From assembly GCA_044892525.1 (NCBI GenBank), contig CM097885.1, positions 235,106,001 through 235,170,000 of the forward strand: a stretch of 64,000 nucleotides of DNA. Reading direction: 5' to 3'. Within the stretch, counting starts at the first letter, position 1. Each line of letters begins with the position of its first letter. Origin of the DNA: Schmidtea polychroa. Lineage: Eukaryota. Below are positions 11,700 through 20,045 of the stretch, piece by piece. The position numbers were made by a program, and so were the translations under genes. The notes beneath the pieces were generated by a model. That model had not been told where the DNA came from. It worked only from the letters and a program-made list of their open reading frames with translations, and searched no databases.

Positions 11700-12228
11700 A
11701 TGAATAAAGTAGTGAGTTATAGGCACGCCAAACAATGGGAGATAATGAAACAGTCTAACTGATCTCAAACATATATTTATAACCTAGATTGAGATTAATG
11801 GTTTAGGTTAAGCTGGAATGTAAGTTTTGTAGAAACTGTCGACTGAATCAAATCACCAGACACACCAAATCCGAAATAAAGAAATTTGGACTTAGGAAAA
11901 TTAAAATTCATTCAAGCCGATATTTTTGGCCCACTACCCCCAGTTAATAATATACGATACTCGCTAAAAATAATCGGCAGGCATACTTCGTGGTTAAAAG
12001 CCATTCCAATAAGAGATATAATGAGTAAAACTGTTTGTAAAACAATTGAAAGCAAATCGGTATGCAGTTTTGGGTTTCCAGAAATCATAATAGCTGACAA
12101 TGATAAGTAATTCATATCATTATTAATTCAGGGAATTAGGAATCAAATATAATATTGAATACCGACATACTACTCCGTATCATCCCAAGTGCAATGGGAA
12201 GTTTGAAAGACTATACTTTGAGCCCTCA
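11700..12228 (+). pseudogene. Ty3/Gypsy integrase relic, part 5' of the Polinton insertion
   Basis: CRNCRLNQITRHTK (Zn-finger end), ADIFGPLPP...FGFPEIIIAD, and TTPYHPKCNGKFER, with stops and frameshifts. Confidence 0.85.
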
Positions 12229-12475
12229 AAGACCCTCACGAACACAACCCCCCAGGCTTAACGACCTCCAATCTCTTAACATATTGTAATAACAACCCCA
12301 AATTTTTACACTTTTAACCCTTTTAGACCCTCTATTTTCAACACAAAAACCAAGGGAACTAAAACCGTTTTCACTTTAACCTCTATAAACAGAAAGAAAA
12401 TGACCAAGAGCAGGAAACTCGCAAACTCCCAGTGGGGTCGCGTTCGTGAGGGTCTTATATCCACTACTTATAGTA
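12229..12475 (+). repeat. Polinton left TIR (terminal AGTAGTGGATAT deleted)
   Basis: Reverse complement of 24743-24988 with only a few differences. Confidence 0.95.
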
Positions 12476-13228
12476 TTTAAAATAAATCTTTCAAACATTT
12501 AATTTTAGATTTACTAACTGAATAGATTCTGATTTGCTAATTGGAAGGATTTGGATTGAATAAAATTATAAATATTTTAAAAATCATAATCTTGATGTCT
12601 TGAAGAATAAAAAAATTTATGAAATAGTAAAACTGCTCTGAGAGGACAGTGGTATTTGTTTTTGTTTTTTTTTCACTGTCCTCTCAACAGTTTTTTTGAT
12701 CTGGATCATTTCAACCTCTTTCGCTTATCAAATCTCTTCCAATATACAAGCTGGCCAGACTCATACATCAGAATCAATTCGATAATAGCAGCCTTATTAT
12801 CGGTGTTTTAAGCATGCTGCTCGAAAGTACAAATGAATTCGAAAGCGAATCCGAAAGAGGTCCGAAAACAACTGAGAAATAAATGTGCACATTATGGGAT
12901 CGATCCGGGGTGTGTTCGAAAGACTGGTGGCGATAATTATCGGTTTGCCACCACACCCGTTTCAATAATTTTTTTTCATATTTATGTTTAAAAATTAATT
13001 AATTAATAAAAAAATAAAATATACAAGATGTATTTCCTAAGATACCCACACTATTTATTATTTTCAAATTTTTAATATTATTTTATGTTGAAAAAAAATA
13101 AGGTCAGTTGTGATTTGAACCACTATCCATTTGAACCACTGTGCCAGTCTATTCCCACTGCGCTATTAGGTTTTGGATTTTTGTTATTTTTAGACTGTCA
13201 CATTCTAAATTTTTATTATTTTTATAAC

Positions 13229-13729
13229 AAATTTTATAACAAAGTTTTTACAAAGTTTTTAAATGAAAATGATATTAAATTATATTCAACAGAAAACGAA
13301 GGAAAAGCAGTCGTAGTTGAAAGATTAAATAGAACATTAAAAAATAAAATGTGGAAATATTTTACTGCTATTGAAAAACAAAAATGGAACAATGAATTGT
13401 TACAAAAGATTGTAAATGAATATAATAATGATGTATATAGTTCTATATAATCAACACCTTTAAATGCTTCCTTGAATCCTTTAGAACTCATGAATCCTGT
13501 TGAAAATGGTGTTATTGAAAAACCAAAGTTTAAAATTGGTGACCGAGTAAGAATATTTAAATATAAAAATAAATTTGAAAAAGGATTCACAGCAAAATGG
13601 ACAAATGAAATTTTTATTATAAATAAAATACATTATACAACTCCAATAACATATAGCATCATTGATTTAAATAATGAAAAAATATTAGGTTGATTTTATA
13701 ATAATGAACTACAGAAAACAGATTTCTAA
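13229..13729 (+). pseudogene. Polinton retroviral-like (rve) integrase, C-terminal half
   Basis: FYNKVF...YSTENEGKAVVVERLNRTLKNKMWKYFT...KFKIGDRVRI...FEKGFTAKWTNEIF...G*FYNNELQK in a single frame. Premature stops at 13448-13450 and 13691-13693. N-terminal part absent. Confidence 0.92.
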
Positions 13730-14505
13730 AACAAACTTTTCCATATTTCAGCTTCTTCTCTATCCAAATAAATATAATTATATTTTTCTTTCCAATGATT
13801 ATCAACAAACATATCAAACATATTCTTATCAGGTTCAACATTTGAAAATAAATCATTATAAATCATATTCTTATCACGCTTATCTAATTTAAAAAATATA
13901 AAACAATTGGAATTATTTCTTATAGAGTTTTTATCTAAAGCATAATAAGTTTGAGATATATAAATAACATTACAATTATTATGTCTTCCTCTTGTGAAGT
14001 AACTCTTTTGAATCTCTTGATTTTTCATATTAACAACATAATCAAATATAACTAGATTCTTTTTATCTTTAGGAAGTAAATCACAATGTAAAACATCTTC
14101 AGGTTTATTAGAGAATAAAACTTGAATTCCCTCACAAATATAATCATTTTTATTATTAATATCTGATTCTAAAATCTTTTCCTTATACCAATCAACCATA
14201 TCACAAGGTTGAAAAACTTCTTCAGGACATCTATGTTGATTTTTAAAAATATCAATTATTGCTTTTTTAGTTAATTTATTTTCAAATCCACATTTCAAAA
14301 TTTGTAATTCTGGTTGATTTATGGTTGTAGAATAAAAGATTAAATTATTATAATCTAAAAAACCATCTTCAAGCAACATTTTCAAAACAAGTACATTCTT
14401 TCCACATCCAGAAGAACCAACAATTAATAATCTAAAATTATCAGGAAATACTTTATTATTAAATTTAGATTTATGTCTATTTAAAATTGGTTTCCAAATA
14501 TCCAT
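13726..14505 (-). CDS. A32/FtsK-HerA-type genome packaging ATPase (catalytic motifs altered)
   Basis: Walker A GSSGCGKN, Walker B LVIFDY, and FTRGRHNNCNVIYISQ. ATG at 14505. Confidence 0.93.
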   Translation of the reverse strand: MDIWKPILNRHKSKFNNKVFPDNFRLLIVGSSGCGKNVLVLKMLLEDGFLDYNNLIFYSTTINQPELQILKCGFENKLTKKAIIDIFKNQHRCPEEVFQPCDMVDWYKEKILESDINNKNDYICEGIQVLFSNKPEDVLHCDLLPKDKKNLVIFDYVVNMKNQEIQKSYFTRGRHNNCNVIYISQTYYALDKNSIRNNSNCFIFFKLDKRDKNMIYNDLFSNVEPDKNMFDMFVDNHWKEKYNYIYLDREEAEIWKSLF

Positions 14506-14519
14506 TTTATTTATTATAA

Positions 14520-15086
14520 AATGAATTAATAAATTCAAATAAAAATAAATCAGTTGTAATTGATGGTAAAAAATATTTTATTGGAAAACATGTAAAAGAA
14601 CAAGTTAGAGCGAAGCTCCACGAAGCTAAAGAAGGTGGCATTCTTCCATTAGCTGCTTTAATACCTGCAATCATTGCTGGTTTATCAGGTGCTGCTGGAA
14701 TAGCTGGAGGAATTGCAACTACAGTTCAAAAAGCTAAAGAATCTCAAAAGACAGACTTAGAAAAAGAAAAATTACAAACTGAAATCGATTCAATTAAAAA
14801 GAGGGGAAAAGGGTTCAATGGAAAAGGTCTCTATCTTAATCCATATCAGGGGAGTTCCTCTCAGGGGACTCTGTCCAAGGGAAAGGGTCTTTATCTTGAT
14901 CCTTATAAAGGGCGTGGTTTAAATGATTTTTTAAAAAATCAAATTTCATCATCTGAATCTTTTTCTTCAAAAGATAAAGATGATTTAAAAAAAATGTGTA
15001 AATCTTTAAAGAATGGGTGTATTTGTAAAACTAAAAATGGTAAAGGATTATACTTGAAACCCTTCGAACCAGAAAATGGTATATAA
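14520..15086 (+). pseudogene. Adenovirus pX/mu-like core protein with three GKGLYLxP repeats; not in the ORF track
   Basis: 188 open codons: ...KEGGILPLAALIPAIIAGLSGAAGIAGGIA...GKGLYLNPY...GKGLYLDPY...GKGLYLKPF. The ATG at 14521 is out of frame by one base (ATG AAT TAA; inserting one G gives MELIN). Confidence 0.75.
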
Positions 15087-15128
15087 AATGGTATAAATTT
15101 AAATTGATACCATTTATATACTATAAAA

Positions 15129-15977
15129 ATGGTATATGAAGAAAGATTAGCACTTTTAAAAAAATTACAATCAGAACAAAACAAGTATAATAAAAAAGAT
15201 TTAACTCAACACACTGAATCTATAATATTAAATGAGGTATTGATGCAACAACAACAACCAACAATTAAAGCTATAAAAGAGTTGGAATTAGAAGATAAAA
15301 AACAAAAAATAAAAGAACTAGAGTGGCAGGGCCAATCGAAAGAAGATAAAAAAGAATCCACTGAAAGGTTCGAAGATCAAAGAAATCAAAGAAAGCGTAG
15401 AAGAATTTCTGGTGTGGAAGAAGAAGAAATGTTTTTTAAAACAAAACCTCTTAAAGTAGATCCTAAAATTAGAGAAGGTGTAAGTGAAACAATTAAACCA
15501 ACATTTCATATTAATTCTGAAGGATATTCAATAATAGCAATTAATAAACAAAACTTTACTTTATATTCAAATTCAGAAAATAAATCACGTATTCATTCTC
15601 AAAATGTTTATAATAATGAATATTTAGACTTTGAATTTATAGATGATTTTTATAGATTACTTTGTGGATATCCTTCAGATGATGTTGAAGAAATTAAAAA
15701 ATATTTAAATTTAATAAAATTAGTAGGTGGTAGTTCTAATGCAAAACATATTCAAGATTTAAAGAATTATTTAAATAAAAATGAAAGGGGTTATGTTGTT
15801 ACAGAGGGTGAGGGATTGGTTGGAGAAAATCCCATCAATCTTTTTATTGAATTAAGAAAACTATTAGCAGCTAAAAAAGCAGGTCATAATAATTTAGATT
15901 CTGATAATTTAGATTCTAAAGATTTGTTAAAACAAGGAATAATTTCAAAAGATAAATTTAATAAATATATAAAATGA
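15129..15977 (+). CDS. Conserved Polinton protein of unknown function
   Basis: 282-aa ORF. The C-terminal GEGL...NPINLFIELRKLLAAKKAGHNN...LLKQGII resembles a motif I recall from invertebrate Polinton proteins. Confidence 0.7.
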   Translation: MVYEERLALLKKLQSEQNKYNKKDLTQHTESIILNEVLMQQQQPTIKAIKELELEDKKQKIKELEWQGQSKEDKKESTERFEDQRNQRKRRRISGVEEEEMFFKTKPLKVDPKIREGVSETIKPTFHINSEGYSIIAINKQNFTLYSNSENKSRIHSQNVYNNEYLDFEFIDDFYRLLCGYPSDDVEEIKKYLNLIKLVGGSSNAKHIQDLKNYLNKNERGYVVTEGEGLVGENPINLFIELRKLLAAKKAGHNNLDSDNLDSKDLLKQGIISKDKFNKYIK

Positions 15978-16432
15978 CTAGTCCTTCAATATTAGATTTT
16001 TTAAAAACATTTGGAATAAATGCAAAAACAAATTTTGATTTAAAAGATTATGCAAATTATTTAAATTTAAAAATAAAAATATTAATGAATGATGAATTGT
16101 CGAGTCTGAAAGACATTCTGAAAGACACTCCAAAGAATATCATTATAAATTATCAAAACTCAAATGAAAAAGGATCTCATTGGGTTTGTATATATAATAA
16201 ATCTATCTACTTTGATTCTTTTGGGATTAAACCCACTAAAGAAGTTGAAGACTATCTCTCAAAGGGTTCCTCGAAAGACTATACTTTTAACTCTTTACAA
16301 GTTCAACCTAATAATACTAAAATATGTGGTATTATAAGTTTATATGTCTTGTATAGATTGAATAAATCCAAAGGAGAAGGTTTCACTTCCTTAATCCAAG
16401 AAATTTATAATGATTTAAAATCTCTACTATGA
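15974..16432 (+). CDS. Adenain-like cysteine maturation protease
   Basis: GSHWVC (His), YFDSFG (Asp), QVQ...ICG (Gln, Cys). Confidence 0.93.
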   Translation: MTSPSILDFLKTFGINAKTNFDLKDYANYLNLKIKILMNDELSSLKDILKDTPKNIIINYQNSNEKGSHWVCIYNKSIYFDSFGIKPTKEVEDYLSKGSSKDYTFNSLQVQPNNTKICGIISLYVLYRLNKSKGEGFTSLIQEIYNDLKSLL

Positions 16433-17253
16433 AAATGGAAGATAATTTAAAAAAAATGGTAAACATAATGTCACATAAATATTCAAGAAGTTTATTAATA
16501 AATTCAAAAGAATCAGACTTTACTATAAATTTTGAAGATTCAATAAATTTAGATCAAGATTTAAATTATGAATTAGGGCTCTTGTGGTTTAGCTGTTTTA
16601 ATACTATTTTTAATATAAATAATAATAATAATAAATTTATTATAATTACGAGGGATAATCTACCTGGGACTCCTATTACATTTATTAAACCCAGTTTATT
16701 GAAAGATAGTGAATATGAAAAGATTAAAAAATTTAATGAATACAGCATTATAACAATCAATCCAGGATCATATGAAATAGCAGATTTAGCTAAAACAATT
16801 CTAAAAGAAACAAATGGGAATGTAGAAATAAAAGCAGATATTCAAACTTCAAAATGTATTACAACTTTAAAAAATGTTGGACTTGGTGTTACTAATTCTA
16901 GTTTCTTTCATACTATTTTAGGTTTTGAAGTCAGAGAATATGGTAGCAACCATTCACCTATTAAATCTAAAAATATTATACAAATAACAAATACAAATTG
17001 TATAAATATAGAGTGTGATTGTATAATGGGATCATACAATAATGGTAAACATGCAAATATTTTATATTCCTTTCCTTCTAATATTGTGCGACTTGGATAT
17101 AAAATGGTTGAAAGAATGAATCCCCCAAATTATTTACCTTTATGTAGAAAAAATATAATGGATATTAGTTTTAGAATTGTTGATGAAAATGGAGAGTTAA
17201 TTAGTTTTAATGGAGAAAAGATTTCAATGTGTTTACATTTGAAACAAGTCTAG
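16429..17253 (+). CDS. Minor capsid protein (penton, single jelly roll)
   Basis: NTIFNINNNNNKF...INPGSYEI...INIECDCIMGSY...PNYLPL...ISFRIVDENGELISFNGEKISMCLHLK. Typical Polinton mCP motifs, in the usual position after the protease. Confidence 0.85.
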   Translation: MKMEDNLKKMVNIMSHKYSRSLLINSKESDFTINFEDSINLDQDLNYELGLLWFSCFNTIFNINNNNNKFIIITRDNLPGTPITFIKPSLLKDSEYEKIKKFNEYSIITINPGSYEIADLAKTILKETNGNVEIKADIQTSKCITTLKNVGLGVTNSSFFHTILGFEVREYGSNHSPIKSKNIIQITNTNCINIECDCIMGSYNNGKHANILYSFPSNIVRLGYKMVERMNPPNYLPLCRKNIMDISFRIVDENGELISFNGEKISMCLHLKQV

Positions 17254-17272
17254 AATTTTTATTACTATAAAA

Positions 17273-18254
17273 ATGAATTATGCTAATTATAACAAGTTGG
17301 GATTATATAATGATGGATTAAAAGATGAAGATGTTATATCTCTTACAGAAAAGAGATATTAATGAAAGAGGTGATTCAATGAAGGGTGATTTAATTTTAA
17401 ATGGACACAAGATAAAAGATTTATCTTTACCAACTGATGATTTTGATGCAGTTAATAAAAATTATACTGATTTAACAACAACAAGAATTGAAAGTTCATT
17501 AACAACAAAGCTTAATAATATCGAACAACGATTTAATGATAAATTTGACAAGTTACAAAGTCATTTAACTGAACAAGTTGTAAAGTTAAATACTAGCATA
17601 TTAAATTCTAAAGGTAAACAAATTATGAATACTAAATTTAATACAATATATAATATAATAAATGAGATGATTACATCATTTAATAAAAGACTTTCAAATT
17701 TAGAGTCTCATACAACACACATTAACACCACACACAGTATTAGAAAAAGAGCTGCTGAATTAGAACAGAATAAAACATTATTACCTAATAGCTTTAAACA
17801 TTTTATAGAACCAACTTCAATAACAACAAATAGTAAAGAATGGAGTGTTTTTATGGTTGTAAAGATTATTGATCCTTATTTCTTTTTATTTGATGATGAT
17901 GGTGAAAGAATGAAATGGTTTGTGAAATGTGATTATAATAGTAAGCTTGAAAAGGGTGATGTTATAATTACTAGTTATGATTTACCACACGGAGATTGGC
18001 ATGTTAATACTCATTCACATGGATTACATGAAGTTAAAAGTAAGAATATTATTTTTAAAAGCACACTTGTACAATATATAGATTTAATATTTTATGAAAA
18101 AAAGGTTGATGCTGATGAAGTTCGTAAAGCATTGATGGAATTGTATAAAGATATTCTCTCAACAAGAGTTTCTTTTGATATCCGAGTATTGGTGCCAGAT
18201 GGTGCTCAGAAGAATAAAGTCTTATTTTTATTATTATTAAAATGGAAGAAGTAA
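17273..18254 (+). pseudogene. Fiber-like protein (frameshift near 17355)
   Basis: The TATAAAAATG start at 17273 reads MNYANYNK...EKRY*, then shifts into INERGDSMKGDLILNGHKIKDLSLPTDDFDAVNKNYTD. This matches the fiber/tail-fiber-type GD.M.G.L...DA.NK.Y.D motif and is followed by a coiled coil. Confidence 0.65.
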
Positions 18255-18867
18255 GAGAAGAAAAAATATGTGAAACCCTTCGAGGATATCCAGAGGTTAA
18301 ATATCCAGAATTGAGATCATCAGGATATTATGCTTCCCCAAGCCTTCGGCTCCCACAGAACTTGAAATTATGAGAGTAAAAGAATTTAAATCAGAAACCT
18401 TACATTTACAAGACTTGTTAAAACATTATAAAAAAATTAAAAATAGATGGAATAAAGGGAATACAGTTTTAAAAGTTGTAGGTTATTCTTTAGGATTTGC
18501 ATCTGCAATATTAACAGTTATTTTACCTATAACTTTACCAGTTTTAACAATAGCACCAGTAATACTTGGAAGTATTTCTGTAGCTGATGGTTTCTTAACT
18601 GAAATAGTTTCATTATCTTATACTTCTAAAAAGAAAAGTTTATATCGTGAAGTTTGTTTATCAATAGAATTAGGAATCTCTAAATTATTTTTACTTCAAT
18701 TAAAAGCTTTGGAAGATGGAATCTTAATTGGTAATGAAATAATGAAATCAAATCAAATAATACAAGATATTAAAAATAATATTAATAGATTAAAAAGTGC
18801 TAATGTTATAACTAATGAATATTCTAAAAAAATTAAACGAGAGAAATGGTTAAAGAATTCTTATTGA
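18242..18867 (+). pseudogene. Membrane protein with N-terminal YPEL and PSAP motifs (1-nt frameshift at about 18336-18339)
   Basis: The ATG 18242 frame gives ...GYPEVKYPELRSSGYYASP. The 18370 frame gives KPSAPTELEIM, followed by the hydrophobic segment VLKVVGYSLGFASAILTVILPITLPVLTIAPVILGSISV. Confidence 0.7.
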
Positions 18868-18885
18868 AAAATTCTTATATAAAAA

Positions 18886-19389
18886 ATGGATGCATTTTTA
18901 AAAAAAGTAGATCAGGTTGCTATAGTTGATACTTCTAAATTAAACATGTTTTTATTAAAAGAAAAAGCTTTAGAGTTTACTAAACTTTTAAGTGAGAATC
19001 CTAATTTTACTCAATCTCAAATTTGTAAAATGTTGGGTACTTCAGATTCTACAATGAGAAAAATAAGAAATGATTTAGGAATGGGTTCTCCTTTTAGACA
19101 TGCAGTTAAAAGTAAAAAATCTAAAAAGAATAAGGTTGAAACTAGGGATCCAAACATCCTAGCAGGAAAATCTTTTTATTGTACAGATTGTTCAAAAGTT
19201 TTTAAATCTAGTAAATCTTCTCAGAATCATGTTTGTAAAGCTAAATCAAAAGATACTTTAGGTTCTGGGTTACCTAGTATCTTTGATAATAAAAATCTTA
19301 AATGGAAAGAAAAGGAAGAAGAAGAAGAAGAATCTGAAGATGAAGAAGAAATAAGTAAAAAACAATTAAGTGATATTCTTAAAAGATAA
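18886..19389 (+). CDS. HTH plus zinc-finger DNA-binding protein with an acidic tail
   Basis: TQSQICKMLGTSDSTMRKIRNDL (HTH-like), FYCTDCSKVFKSSKSSQNHVC, and a poly-E tail. Confidence 0.7.
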   Translation: MDAFLKKVDQVAIVDTSKLNMFLLKEKALEFTKLLSENPNFTQSQICKMLGTSDSTMRKIRNDLGMGSPFRHAVKSKKSKKNKVETRDPNILAGKSFYCTDCSKVFKSSKSSQNHVCKAKSKDTLGSGLPSIFDNKNLKWKEKEEEEEESEDEEEISKKQLSDILKR

Positions 19390-19425
19390 ATAAATATAAA
19401 AAAATTTTAAATTTTAAAATATAAA

Positions 19426-19806
19426 ATGGATTATGATTCAATCATTGCGACAATTAATGAAGAACCTGAAATACAAAAAGAATGTGTAAAGCTTTTGACA
19501 GAATTTAATAAACAAAGTATGGGAACTCAAATTGACTATGGTAGACGAGCTATTGTTTATCGTGCTGGACAAGAAGAAATATTAAAGAGGTTAATGAATA
19601 GGACTGTTGATCTTCGTCTGGAAAATAAAGCAATAAAGGAAGAGAATGAATATTTATTCCAAAGTGCTAATTTAGTTGATAAAAGTTTTATAGAATCTAT
19701 GCATACAAAACATGTATTATTGAATAGTTCTGATGCTGCTCGGAATGAAGAAATGATGAAGGAAATAGAGGAAATATTACGCAGACCAATAAAAACTGTT
19801 AGATAA
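19426..19806 (+). CDS. Hypothetical coiled-coil Polinton protein
   Basis: 126-aa ORF with a TATAAAATG start, tightly packed among the Polinton genes. Confidence 0.6.
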   Translation: MDYDSIIATINEEPEIQKECVKLLTEFNKQSMGTQIDYGRRAIVYRAGQEEILKRLMNRTVDLRLENKAIKEENEYLFQSANLVDKSFIESMHTKHVLLNSSDAARNEEMMKEIEEILRRPIKTVR

Positions 19807-20019
19807 TTTTTTTATTTGGGGATAAAAATAAAATAGAAGGATGGATATTATAATTAATATAAAAAACACTATAATAAAAAATATTATATTTTTAAGTTTA
19901 CAAAGTTTTAAATAATATTCTTTTTTATCTTTAACTATTTCATCAACAACATCATATAATTTTTTAGTTTTTTGTATAAGTTCTTTGGCTTTTGAATATC
20001 TTAAATTAATTGTCGACAT
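19777..20019 (-). CDS. Small single-pass membrane protein
   Basis: TATAAAATG start at 20019; hydrophobic IIFFIIVFFILIIISILLFYFY. Confidence 0.5.
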   Translation of the reverse strand: MSTINLRYSKAKELIQKTKKLYDVVDEIVKDKKEYYLKLCKLKNIIFFIIVFFILIIISILLFYFYPQIKKLSNSFYWSA

Positions 20020-20045
20020 TTTATACATTTAAAAATTAGATTCAG

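Noticed and set aside
11886..12110. N-terminal half of the Polinton integrase
   Set aside because: It lies outside the TIR, has Gypsy-type motifs and continues at 25001.
13691..13693. TGA/TAA read-through or an alternative genetic code in the Polinton
   Set aside because: The stops are of mixed types, each one substitution from a plausible sense codon, and co-occur with frameshifts. This is ordinary decay.
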